Numbered from the stretch's first letter, positions 31,171 through 40,781 are shown. The stretch is DNA of 64,000 nucleotides from Candidatus Heimdallarchaeum aukensis (GCA_021513695.1 CP084166.1:192001-256000); one strand, 5' to 3'. A program made the numbers and translations. The notes: generated by a model not told the origin, from the letters alone.

Positions 31171-31650
31171 TTGACAGAAGAAAATTCAAACCCTTTTTCT
31201 TTTTCTTGTTTTACAAAACCAGAACACACTGCTTTTCTTTGTTTTGGAAATTTAGATAGAAGTGATGACGCTATAGGTCTTCTTATAGCTCGAGATTTAA
31301 AAAACCTTTTTCCACACGTTTTTAGTGAAGAATTCGACGACCCCATTGGCGAACTACTAATGATTCTTGAAGATGAAAGTATAGAGTGCATAACTGTAAT
31401 TGATGCATGTGATCTAAAAGCTGAAAATGGAAGTGTAATTGTATCTTCTAATATTAAAGTTGCAGAAAGTCGTTTGAGTACACATACTATACCTATAAAG
31501 CAATTGATAGAACTGATCCACAACGAAGGAAAAGAATTTGTTTTTATTGGTGTTCAAGTTTATAATGTAGAATTTATGGGAGAAATGAGTGAAGAAGTAT
31601 TAAAAGCTAAAGAAAAAATCCTTTCTTGGTTTGTTAAAGAAAATCAATGA
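31171..31650 (+). CDS. hycI: Hydrogenase maturation endopeptidase (HycI/HybD family)
   Basis: LCFGNLDRSDDAIGLLIA matches the protease family N-terminus (GN.L..DDG.G). The gene lies directly downstream of the large subunit. Confidence 0.7.
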   Translation: MTEENSNPFSFSCFTKPEHTAFLCFGNLDRSDDAIGLLIARDLKNLFPHVFSEEFDDPIGELLMILEDESIECITVIDACDLKAENGSVIVSSNIKVAESRLSTHTIPIKQLIELIHNEGKEFVFIGVQVYNVEFMGEMSEEVLKAKEKILSWFVKENQ

Positions 31651-32980
31651 GTTCTCTCATTTTTGAATAAGCATCTATTCCTTTTCTTGTAATTGAATAA
31701 TATTTTTTGTTTTTCCCTTTTATTTTTGAAGAAATCAGATTCTTTTCTTCAAGCTCATTGAGATGTTGGTATATTGATTGAAGCGATTTTCTTTTTCCTA
31801 GAGCTTTCCAGATAGCGTAACCGTGATTTGCTTTCTTTCTGGAAATCAGATCCAATATTTCAAACTTTGTTGTAGATTTTTCAGAAAGACCCCATACTGC
31901 TTTTTTAATTCCTCTTAATTTAGAAGCAAATATGTTTAACGCATTCAAGCCTGACCCAGAAAGAAGAGCAACTGTAGAATCGACGTTGATTCCTTCATTT
32001 TCTAATAATTGATTAGCAGCAACAACAACAGAAGCTGAAGCAGGTTCAATAAATAAGCCTTCTTTTTTTGCTAAAAGAAGGGCTTGATCTATCATTTTTT
32101 CTCCCTCTATTTCAATTTCTTTTCCTTTAGTTTTTAGAAGAATATCGCCGATTTTTTGAGAAAGTGTCTGAGGTGTAGGAATCTTTAGAGATTCTGCATA
32201 AAAGTCTAAATCTTCTTGTTTCAAAGACACAGCATAAAATGAGGGGATTTTTTCTATCCAACCAGATGCTAAAGCATCTTCAAAACCCCTATATATAGAA
32301 TAGAAAAGAGAGCCAGAACCTTTTGGAATAATAATATTTTCAATTGTTTCAGATAAGTGAGCGATTTCTAAACCTATAGTTTTCTGACCTTCAACAGTCA
32401 AAATATTGTCAGATGAAGCGAAAAAAACTCCACCCTTTTGTAGTTCTCTCCCCTTCTCAATTGCTTCTTCAGTAGTAGAACCATGTTCGACTACTTTACT
32501 TCCATAAACTTTCATCTGTTCAATTTTTGATAATTCTAAATTCGAAGGTACAATGTTAGTGAGTTCTAAACCTGCTAATGCAGAGTAAGCTGATAAACTT
32601 ATGCCTAAAGAACCAGAACTAGAGCACACCAGTTTAGAAATAGAGGAAGAAGAAAGATAAGAAGCAATAAGTGAAGATGCACGGTCTCTGAATGATCCAG
32701 TTGGATTTCTAAATTCAAGTTTTAGTTTTAATCCTTTTAGTGATGAAATGTTGTTAATTAATAAAATAGGTGTATTTCCTTCAGACAATGTATAAACCTT
32801 CTCTAGTGAAGGTAAAAAAGGACTGAATGACCATATATTTGATATTTTTATCTTACTTTTTTCAGGTCCTTGAATAGGGTCTATGTTTTGGATAGAACCA
32901 CAAAAAGGGCAAAGAAGATCAAAATTAATAGATAATGTATCTTTCTTACATTTGATACAATACGGTTTTTTCTTCCACAT
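31634..32980 (-). CDS. Threonine-synthase-like (fold-type II PLP) domain protein with N-terminal zinc ribbon and C-terminal PadR-type winged helix; the PLP-lysine is replaced by Arg
   Basis: The N-terminus has CIKCKK...CPFCG. The core reads LSEGNTPIL...FRNPTGSFRDRAS. The Lys position is codon AGA at 32687-32689 on the minus strand. The C-terminus FEILDLISRKKANHGYAIWKAL...KKYYSITRKGIDA is a PadR pattern. Confidence 0.7.
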   Translation of the reverse strand: MWKKKPYCIKCKKDTLSINFDLLCPFCGSIQNIDPIQGPEKSKIKISNIWSFSPFLPSLEKVYTLSEGNTPILLINNISSLKGLKLKLEFRNPTGSFRDRASSLIASYLSSSSISKLVCSSSGSLGISLSAYSALAGLELTNIVPSNLELSKIEQMKVYGSKVVEHGSTTEEAIEKGRELQKGGVFFASSDNILTVEGQKTIGLEIAHLSETIENIIIPKGSGSLFYSIYRGFEDALASGWIEKIPSFYAVSLKQEDLDFYAESLKIPTPQTLSQKIGDILLKTKGKEIEIEGEKMIDQALLLAKKEGLFIEPASASVVVAANQLLENEGINVDSTVALLSGSGLNALNIFASKLRGIKKAVWGLSEKSTTKFEILDLISRKKANHGYAIWKALGKRKSLQSIYQHLNELEEKNLISSKIKGKNKKYYSITRKGIDAYSKMRELIDFL

Positions 32981-32991
32981 TTTTTAGCTCC

Positions 32992-33186
32992 TTATTCTGT
33001 TAAAACAGGCTCTTCTTTTGGATCGATTCTAATATCGCTATTACAGAGTGCATCAAAAATTTCTTCGATCTTAAAAGAATCAGGGTCTTTAAAGTAGAGA
33101 TAAAGTTCCAAATCTCTCTTGATTAAGAAATCAAGAAGTTTTATAAGCAATTCTTTTTCTGTTTTTGAGTTAACAATAATTTGCAT
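32992..33186 (-). CDS. Hypothetical small protein (64 aa), 12 nt upstream of the ThrC-like gene on the same strand
   Basis: The ORF reads MQIIVNSKTEKELLIKLLDF.... It is tightly spaced with the downstream gene. No motif was recognised. Confidence 0.3.
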   Translation of the reverse strand: MQIIVNSKTEKELLIKLLDFLIKRDLELYLYFKDPDSFKIEEIFDALCNSDIRIDPKEEPVLTE

Positions 33187-33371
33187 TATATAAACATAGA
33201 TTTTCTATTCTTATATTTTTTGAATAAATATTACATTATTTTTGAATAAACAAAGTTGTCCTAAACATTCTTTAAATCAATATCTTTCATATTTTTTTGA
33301 TTTGAAAAATAATTGTTTTTAAGATAATTTTATAAATAACCTCTATCTTTTGATAAAATAAGGAGTTAAAA

Positions 33372-35081
33372 ATGCCACAGAAATTATGGAAATATATACC
33401 TTCAATACCTGATGAAATTGAAATACCAGATAAGAGTATTATTGAATTATTTAGAGAAACAGCTAGCAATTTTCAAGATTTACCACTAACTTATTTTGAA
33501 GGAAAATACAAAACCTACAAAGAAGTAGTTGATGACATTAATCGTTTAGCAAATGGTTTAAGAGATTTGGGTATAAAGAAAGGTGATAGGGTTGCAGCCT
33601 TTTTACCCAATAGCCCTCAATTTGTAGTAACTTTCTTAGCTGTACATTCATTAGGAGCTATTTTTACAGGTATTAGTGCACTCAGTTCCCAAAAAGAACT
33701 TCAATATCAACTAGAAGATAGTGGAGCAAAAGCTATAGTCACTTTTGATGTATTTTTAGACAAAGTCAGAGAAGTTAAAGGTGAAACATCACTAGAGCAT
33801 ATCATTGTCACATCTGCAGCTGATGAGTTGCCTTCAATTAAAGCATTTTTATATAGATTAATAATAGGTAGAAAGAATCCTAAAGTAAAAAATGAAATAA
33901 AATACAAGGATTTATTAAAGAAAAGTTCAAATGAACCAATTATTACAAAAGTAGATCCAAAGGAAGATATAGCAATTCTGCAATATACTGGTGGTACAAC
34001 TGGTGTAATGAAGGGTGCAATGCTTACTCACAGAAACTTAGTTGCCCAAGCGATTACTCTAGATTATTGGAAAAATTGGTTAGATAACGTGCCAGAAAAG
34101 CCATATAGAATAGTTGGAGCTTTACCGTTTTCTCATATTTTTGGACTTTCAACTTCGTTATTATGGCCTGCGATTGCTGGAGCAACAATATATCTGTTCC
34201 CTGACCCAAGAAAATTAGAAGCAATAATGAAGTCAATAGACAAATTCAAAATTCAATTTTTCATGGGTATTCCTGTAATGTTCTTGAAAATATCAGAACA
34301 TCCTAATGTGGATAAATATGATCTATCCTCTTTACTAATGTGCATTTCTGGAGGAGAATCCTTACCGCAAGTAACAGTTGAAAAATTTGAATCAAAAACA
34401 GGTAATGTTCTAGTTGAGGGATATGGTTTAACTGAATCTTCACCTGTTACACATGTCAACCCTGCAAATCGAAAATATAGGAAAATAGGAACAATCGGTA
34501 TACCAATACCTAATGTAAAAGCAATGATAGTCGATACAGATACATTAGAAGAAATAACAGAGTTTGGAAAACCAGGAGAATTATGGATTCGAGGACCTTC
34601 AGTGATGAAAGGATACTGGAACAATAAAGAAGCAACAGAAAACTCTCTAGTGAAAGGTTGGTTAAGAACAGGAGATATAGCTGTCATGGATGAAGAAGGG
34701 TTCTTTGCAATAGTAGATAGAATAAAAGATATGATTATCGTTTCAGGCTATAAAGTGTGGCCTAATGAAGTTGAGGATGTGCTATATAGTCACCCTGCAA
34801 TAAATATGGCAGCAGTAATTGGTGAAAAAGCTGAAACAAAAGAAATAGTAAAAGCATATCTAGTAAAAGAACCAGGACATGAAGAGTTGTCGCTAGAAGA
34901 AGTAAGAGAATATTGTAAGAAACACTTGGCTCCTTATAAAGTTCCAAGAAAAATAGAATACTTAGAAGAATTACCACGCACAGCTCTTGGAAAAGTTCTA
35001 AGAAAAGAACTAAGAGCATTATCAGCGGTAACATCTGCTCAATCATTACCAAAAGAAACTATTGAAAAACTAGCTAAATAG
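33372..35081 (+). CDS. AMP-dependent synthetase/ligase (acyl-CoA synthetase)
   Basis: YTGGTTGVMKGA is the AMP-binding motif. The product is 569 aa. An SD-like aggag lies upstream. Confidence 0.85.
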   Translation: MPQKLWKYIPSIPDEIEIPDKSIIELFRETASNFQDLPLTYFEGKYKTYKEVVDDINRLANGLRDLGIKKGDRVAAFLPNSPQFVVTFLAVHSLGAIFTGISALSSQKELQYQLEDSGAKAIVTFDVFLDKVREVKGETSLEHIIVTSAADELPSIKAFLYRLIIGRKNPKVKNEIKYKDLLKKSSNEPIITKVDPKEDIAILQYTGGTTGVMKGAMLTHRNLVAQAITLDYWKNWLDNVPEKPYRIVGALPFSHIFGLSTSLLWPAIAGATIYLFPDPRKLEAIMKSIDKFKIQFFMGIPVMFLKISEHPNVDKYDLSSLLMCISGGESLPQVTVEKFESKTGNVLVEGYGLTESSPVTHVNPANRKYRKIGTIGIPIPNVKAMIVDTDTLEEITEFGKPGELWIRGPSVMKGYWNNKEATENSLVKGWLRTGDIAVMDEEGFFAIVDRIKDMIIVSGYKVWPNEVEDVLYSHPAINMAAVIGEKAETKEIVKAYLVKEPGHEELSLEEVREYCKKHLAPYKVPRKIEYLEELPRTALGKVLRKELRALSAVTSAQSLPKETIEKLAK

Positions 35082-35161
35082 ACTTTTTTATTTTTATTTT
35101 TGTTTTTATTTTTCTAAATTTTGGTCTTATTTTATTGGAAAATGAAGGTGATGTTAGTTTA

Positions 35162-36112
35162 TTACTTTGTTAGAAACTCAAGTTTCTCGATATTAATAAA
35201 ACCAAAACTCACTAGATTTGAAAATAAAGAGAGAAAATAGGGGAAAGAAATAATTAATTCTTCATTCTTAAAAATCTCATAAATATCGTAAATCGTATGA
35301 TTAATATTTCCACAGCATTCTTTTAGCATTTTTATGAAAAGTTTGTAAACTTTAACTGGTGTCATCGGGAAAATCTCATCAAAATTTTTTTCGAATATAT
35401 CAATATTTGTTTTGTAACTGTGTGGAATAGCGATTCTAGATTGTAATAACAAATCCAACTCTAGCAATGAAATATCATCAGGGGGATTTTCAATAATTCT
35501 ATCAATGTAAGCAGGGATAAAAGCTAGTGAAAAATTGTCTAAATAAACAAGCTGTTCTATTAAATCGTTAATTTTCTTAATCCACAGTTGAGCTATTTTA
35601 GTATTTAGTGATGAATTGATGCAGATCTTAGTTTCTATGAAGTTGAGAATAGAGTATTCAACAATTTCATTGCACTGTTTATCAGTATTATTGGAATTCT
35701 CTTCAAGATAGTATATTTCTTCTCTTAATTTGTCTATTATCTTAAGAGAGTATAGGTTTACTCCTCCGTAATCAATCGTTGGGGTTAATATTTGCTGATT
35801 ATATTTTGAAATTGATGGTATTGGAATCCCGAATTCTACATCTTGTTCTCCTATTATTGAAGGTGTTTTATCAATATCCGTACGCAAAAGAACATGAGAT
35901 CTAACTGAATTGTTAGTGTCTATAAAGAGTTTTGTAGCTCTTAATGAGCTATCTCCACACTCATGTACATCTACAAGTTCAAAGATATCTTTACCTTCGT
36001 TCAAAAAAGGTAAAATCGTCTTTGGAATGAAAATTATTCTTTGTTTTTGACATGCTGTACATAAATACTCTATTGAAACTCGAGATTCAGCTCTTATTGT
36101 CAATTTCTTCAA
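35162..36112 (-). CDS. Hypothetical protein with N-terminal C-x2-C...H-x-C module; paralogue of 48127..48990
   Basis: It shares YLCTACQKQRI...DVHECG with YQCNICLKQRI...DVHKCKG in the other copy. The C-terminus is wHTH-like (...LFSNLVSFGFINIEKL). Confidence 0.4.
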   Translation of the reverse strand: MKKLTIRAESRVSIEYLCTACQKQRIIFIPKTILPFLNEGKDIFELVDVHECGDSSLRATKLFIDTNNSVRSHVLLRTDIDKTPSIIGEQDVEFGIPIPSISKYNQQILTPTIDYGGVNLYSLKIIDKLREEIYYLEENSNNTDKQCNEIVEYSILNFIETKICINSSLNTKIAQLWIKKINDLIEQLVYLDNFSLAFIPAYIDRIIENPPDDISLLELDLLLQSRIAIPHSYKTNIDIFEKNFDEIFPMTPVKVYKLFIKMLKECCGNINHTIYDIYEIFKNEELIISFPYFLSLFSNLVSFGFINIEKLEFLTK

Positions 36113-36507
36113 TAAAAAGTATACTTAATTATTTATATATTTATACATACGGTTTTTCTTTCTACTCGATGTGAAGAGAAATACTTGTTGTATGTAATTT
36201 ACAGAAAATGAGAACTTAAGTTTCAATGAACATATGACCATTTTCTAGCCAAAAAAGACCTGAAAGAAAGTCAGTGTTTTGAAAATAAAAAGATAAAAAT
36301 TTATTTGAAAACAATTTTATTAAATAGAACCTTTGTCAAACAGTTTCAAAGTAAATAGAAGAATGTTTAGTATAGTTTTCTTTTTTAGTTTAAAAGATTT
36401 AAAAAGGGAGTTTATAGTTTAAGAAAAAAACATTTATTCTTTTAATTGAATATTGTTAGAGTAGATAAGTTTTAATAGAATAAAGGTGAATTATATTAAG
36501 TAAACCA

Positions 36508-37092
36508 GTGGTACAAATGAACTCATTGAATCAAAACATCTTTAAAATCGTACTCCTTGGAGAAGGAGCTGTAGGAAAAACCTCTTTAAAACGAACTTAT
36601 ATGGGTGAAGAATTCGTAGAAGGATATAAAATGACAGTAGGTGCTGATTTCGCAGTCAAGAAACTGGAGGTAGATTTCTACAAAATAACTTTGCAGATAT
36701 GGGATCTAGCAGGGCAACCTAGGTTTGATGCGGTAAGAGAGGCATACTATAGAGGAGCTAAAGGAGCTTTACTAGTTTTTGATATCTCTAGACCAGAAAC
36801 ATACGAAATACTACCTAAATGGCTAAATGAGTTAATAAAAAACAGTGGTGGACGAAAGGTACCAATAATTCTAATTGGAAATAAATCTGACTTGCGCGAA
36901 AAACATGATCAAACTGTTCCAATTAACTATGCTGAAGATTATGCTGAAAAGCTAACAATGTGGTCTGGATATCACGTGTCTTACGTTGAAACAAGTGCAA
37001 AAACGGGAGAAAATGTAGAAAAAGCCTTTAGTGAATTAGCTCTTCAACTTGTACGTAATTTAGAAAAATTAAAAGTTGAACTAGGGATATAA
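36508..37092 (+). CDS. Rab/Ras-like small GTPase
   Basis: G1 is GEGAVGKT. G2 is YKMTVGADF. G3 is WDLAGQPRF. G4 is GNKSDL. G5 is ETSAK. There is no C-terminal prenylation motif. Confidence 0.85.
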   Translation: MVQMNSLNQNIFKIVLLGEGAVGKTSLKRTYMGEEFVEGYKMTVGADFAVKKLEVDFYKITLQIWDLAGQPRFDAVREAYYRGAKGALLVFDISRPETYEILPKWLNELIKNSGGRKVPIILIGNKSDLREKHDQTVPINYAEDYAEKLTMWSGYHVSYVETSAKTGENVEKAFSELALQLVRNLEKLKVELGI

Positions 37093-37096
37093 AAAA

Positions 37097-37867
37097 TTAC
37101 TTTCTAAAATATGGTATTTTTACATAAGGTAATTTAATAATAAATTTGTCTTTTGAATAAACAATTATTCCACCAAGTCCTTTAACACAATGTTCGATAA
37201 AATCTTGTTCTATTGACTTTACTTTTTCTCTTTTACCTAAAGTTTCAACCAATTTAAACTTATCATAAAGATTAATTTTAAATACAAAATCCAGCATGTT
37301 CTGCTCATTACTGTATATAATTATAATCTCTGAATTTTTTTGTTGTTGCAATAAGGATTGAAACATAAGATATTCAAATAGGATATCGAGATTTTCATCT
37401 TTAACTATACATAAATCAGCAGAACCTTCAGGAAAAATAATGTCTGGAGATTGTTTAGTATAATGAGTGAGAAGATAGTGAGAAGTTAATTCTTTTATGA
37501 ACTCATGCAAGTTAACAAATGTCTTTTTGTACAATCTTCTAGATAATAACGTTATCAACTGTCTAGTAAATTTAATTTTAAAAATACTCTCTTCTAAAAG
37601 TAGAAGTGATTCATTATTCTCAAAACTTCCTTCTTTCATTGCTGATAAAATACTTAAATTATATACTGTATGGAGAAGATTTCCCATGTCATGGGTTAAA
37701 ATTTCAACTATTTTTGTTGTTCTTTGGTTTTCAGTCTCTATTTCTCGAGTCTTAATTTTTAGATTTTTACTTAACTGATAATTCCAAAGAAATAGAGATA
37801 TGATTAATATAAGTACTAAAGCGAATATAGAGACTACAGCGATTAGAAAAATTGCATAGCTATTCAA
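37097..37867 (-). CDS. Membrane-anchored histidine-kinase-like protein (H-box present; ATPase domain degenerate)
   Basis: An N-terminal TM is followed by ILTHDMGNLLHTV (H-box). The C-terminus has VKGLGG (G2-like). No clear DxGxG was found. Confidence 0.4.
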   Translation of the reverse strand: MNSYAIFLIAVVSIFALVLILIISLFLWNYQLSKNLKIKTREIETENQRTTKIVEILTHDMGNLLHTVYNLSILSAMKEGSFENNESLLLLEESIFKIKFTRQLITLLSRRLYKKTFVNLHEFIKELTSHYLLTHYTKQSPDIIFPEGSADLCIVKDENLDILFEYLMFQSLLQQQKNSEIIIIYSNEQNMLDFVFKINLYDKFKLVETLGKREKVKSIEQDFIEHCVKGLGGIIVYSKDKFIIKLPYVKIPYFRK

Positions 37868-37953
37868 GAATCTTCATTAATGTCTACATTTTATTACTTA
37901 TATTTTTTTTTAATTAGATAATGTGATGAAAAATAAAGAAAATAAAAAACGCT

Positions 37954-39330
37954 TTACCCTGAAACTGTAATATTGGCTATTGAAACAGCAGGAGCATCTA
38001 AAGGCCAAGGTGATTGTAGTACATCATCACCAATTGAAATAAAGTTTTCAAAGACTTGGTAATAGTTTCCTGCAATGCTTACAGATCTTAAAGGTAATGT
38101 ACGTTCTCCTTTTTCAATTAGAAAAGCGTTGTTTGAAGTTATACTGAAATCTCCTGTAATTACATTTGCTGTGAATAGTCCTATTGGTGTCTCTTCAATA
38201 TAGATTCCTTTATCTATTTCTGCTATCTGTTCTTCGAGGTTTTTCTTTACTGGTTCAACTACGAGTTTTCTAGGAGAAACACTTGGGATATTTTCGAAAG
38301 CAATTCCTCCCATCATACCTCCTCTGCTTGCATTAGCTGTTGTTTCTGTATTTGCAGCTTTAGCATACATTCTATCAAAGAGGAAAGTTTTCAAAATTCC
38401 TTTTTCGATGATTGAAGTTTTACCTACTGGGCTTCCTTCTCCGTCAATTGCTACTGTACTTTGACTTTCAGGTATTTGTCCGTCGTCAATTAAGTTGAAC
38501 CTTTCATCAGCAATCTTTTTACCTAGCTTGTCTCCTAAAGGATTCCTTTTTTCCACATATGCAGCTCCAGAGAGTGATTGCATAAATGGAACAGTAAGAA
38601 ATGCTGAAGAAGTATAAGGATGAAGTACAATAGGAAGTTTTTCACTCACATTAAAGGGTTTTGAACCTAAATGCTGAAAACCTTTTTCTACTGCTTTTTG
38701 ACCTAGTTCACTAATATCTTCATTCTTTCTACTAAGGACAAATTCAGATGCAGTTTTCCTATCTCCTTCTTTCATTACAACTGCATACGCTGATCCTCCA
38801 AAGACAGTAGATAAAGTAGAAACTAAACATCCTTCAGTAGTTCCAATAGCGTATCCTCTTACTACTTTTTCGACGTTTACAGATACACCTATGATTCTTT
38901 GATCATTTTTATCAACATTGTAAAGTAGTTCTGAAATTTTGTCTGCTAATTTCTCAGGAGTTAAATGTAAAACTTCATGGTCGAGAATACCATCTTTAGA
39001 TTGTTTACTTTCACTTACAAAACTTTCAAAAAGAGGATTTTTTGGGCTAGCTTTAGCAATAGCATAAGCTTTTCTTAAAGCTTCCTTGATTGATTTTTCA
39101 GAAAAACCAGTACAAGAGGAGAAACCTAGTTGTTTTCCTATTGCAACTCGAATTCCTACCCCCTGAACTACACCATCTCTACTGTCTACTTTACCTTTGT
39201 TTTCGCTTAAACTGGTCTCTAACGAATTATAAACAAAAGCTTCAGCAGACGGAATGTTAAGATCTCTAGCATATTTAATCGTAGTATCGGCAATATTCAA
39301 TATTTTTTCTCGTATTTCATTCAGTTCCAT
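37954..39330 (-). CDS. pmbA: TldE/PmbA family protein (peptidase U62, non-HExxxH partner)
   Basis: It has the U62 family architecture without the metal-binding motif. It overlaps the tldD stop by 1 nt. Confidence 0.65.
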   Translation of the reverse strand: MELNEIREKILNIADTTIKYARDLNIPSAEAFVYNSLETSLSENKGKVDSRDGVVQGVGIRVAIGKQLGFSSCTGFSEKSIKEALRKAYAIAKASPKNPLFESFVSESKQSKDGILDHEVLHLTPEKLADKISELLYNVDKNDQRIIGVSVNVEKVVRGYAIGTTEGCLVSTLSTVFGGSAYAVVMKEGDRKTASEFVLSRKNEDISELGQKAVEKGFQHLGSKPFNVSEKLPIVLHPYTSSAFLTVPFMQSLSGAAYVEKRNPLGDKLGKKIADERFNLIDDGQIPESQSTVAIDGEGSPVGKTSIIEKGILKTFLFDRMYAKAANTETTANASRGGMMGGIAFENIPSVSPRKLVVEPVKKNLEEQIAEIDKGIYIEETPIGLFTANVITGDFSITSNNAFLIEKGERTLPLRSVSIAGNYYQVFENFISIGDDVLQSPWPLDAPAVSIANITVSG

Positions 39331-40781
39331 TATTTTGCACCTCCAACTAAAACTTCATCTACAAGTAACTCTGCACCCCCAAGTCCAACAGGTAATGGAA
39401 ATTGTCCACCTTTACCACATCCACCAAAATAACCAGTCATAATGTTGAAATCTTTGGTTACTCCTTGAACTTGTTTGATTAATTCTAAGATATTTCCTGA
39501 AAGTGATGCATCTCTTACAGCATACTTTATCTCTCCATTTTCAACCCAATAACCTCTATTGCAATTGAATAGAAAGTTTCCATCTAAACCCACTTGACCA
39601 CCTGATGAAGAAACTGCATAAAAACCATCTTTAAGCTGTTCTAGAGCTTCCTCTAGACTTAAGTCTCCAGGAGCAAAGTAAGTATTTTTCATTCGTGGGA
39701 TAGGTGGATACATAAAGGTGATAGCTCTTGAATTTCCTGTTGGTTCAGCATTCATCTTTTTAGCTGTTCCTCTGTTATGTAAGTATCCTTTCAATACTCC
39801 TTTCTCTAAAAGAACAGTTTTGTCAGTTTTAATTCCTTGGTCATCATAAGGAAGCCACAGACCATTTGTTTCTCTTGGGATTGTTCCTTCATCGATAATT
39901 GTTGCCATTTCAGTACCTAAAACTTCGCCTATTTTATCAGATAATGGAGACATTCCAGTTACAACAAAATCACTTTCAGATAAATGTCCAAAGGATTCGT
40001 GAGCCAATACTCCTCCTAATCTCCATCCAATAAGGGCTTTCTGTTTTCCCGCTTTAATTGGCTTTGCTTCAGTTTGCTCTTTGCAATATTTTCCAGCATT
40101 GGTTCCAATTGTTTCAGGAAGATATTTCTCTTTTTCAAAAACTTCTAAACCAAGTGAAGAACCAATTCCATCAATACCCATAGCTCTTTTTCCTTCAATC
40201 ATGGATATAGCTTGTATTCGAAGGTCAACTATCAAAGGTTGCCAGAAGATTTCACTTTCTTCAGAATTCACAAAATATTTGTCTCCATATAGTTCTCCGT
40301 ATAACCCTGTTGTACTACTCGGTTGAATGTGATTTTCAATAGCTTTTACTCCCCGTTTTAACATGGATAATTTTTCATCAAACTCTACATTCTTAGGGTG
40401 CTTCTTTACCTCTGTAAATTGTTTATCAACAATAGGATTCTGTGTTTCAAATTCCATTTTGACTTTATTTCTAGGAGCTGTTGCTTTAGCTATCTTGACT
40501 GCATTTTCAACTGTCTGAAGAATACTTTCCCAGTTTCTCTCTGGAGTGAAAGAAAAACCAGGAGAACCATCGAAATAAGCCATTATTCCAAAACCTTTTC
40601 TTAATTTAGTAGAAGCCTCTCTAATTCTTTCGTTGAGCAGATTAACTGTCATTAAGCTCATATCATCGTATCTAGCCTCAACAAAATCTGCTCCTAAATC
40701 TAATCCTTTATTTACTGCTTTATGTAGTAAATCAAAAATATATTCGTCTATAGCCTTCATCTCGAAAACAACATTGCTCAA
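39330..40781 (-). CDS. tldD: TldD family metalloprotease
   Basis: GVLAHESFGHLSE carries the HExxxH motif. The glycine-rich C-terminus reads GGCGKGGQ. Confidence 0.75.
   Translation of the reverse strand: MSNVVFEMKAIDEYIFDLLHKAVNKGLDLGADFVEARYDDMSLMTVNLLNERIREASTKLRKGFGIMAYFDGSPGFSFTPERNWESILQTVENAVKIAKATAPRNKVKMEFETQNPIVDKQFTEVKKHPKNVEFDEKLSMLKRGVKAIENHIQPSSTTGLYGELYGDKYFVNSEESEIFWQPLIVDLRIQAISMIEGKRAMGIDGIGSSLGLEVFEKEKYLPETIGTNAGKYCKEQTEAKPIKAGKQKALIGWRLGGVLAHESFGHLSESDFVVTGMSPLSDKIGEVLGTEMATIIDEGTIPRETNGLWLPYDDQGIKTDKTVLLEKGVLKGYLHNRGTAKKMNAEPTGNSRAITFMYPPIPRMKNTYFAPGDLSLEEALEQLKDGFYAVSSSGGQVGLDGNFLFNCNRGYWVENGEIKYAVRDASLSGNILELIKQVQGVTKDFNIMTGYFGGCGKGGQFPLPVGLGGAELLVDEVLVGGAK

Noticed and set aside
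33287-33469. 60-aa minus-strand ORF overlapping the acyl-CoA synthetase start
   Set aside because: It has low-complexity I/L/K composition, overlaps the promoter and start of a strong CDS, and has no RBS.
34762-35052. Leucine-rich 96-aa minus-strand ORF and other short ORFs (for example 34253-34687, 33707-33907) inside the acyl-CoA synthetase gene
   Set aside because: These are antisense to a well-supported CDS with clear AMP-binding motifs. They have no motifs of their own, only repetitive L/F composition.
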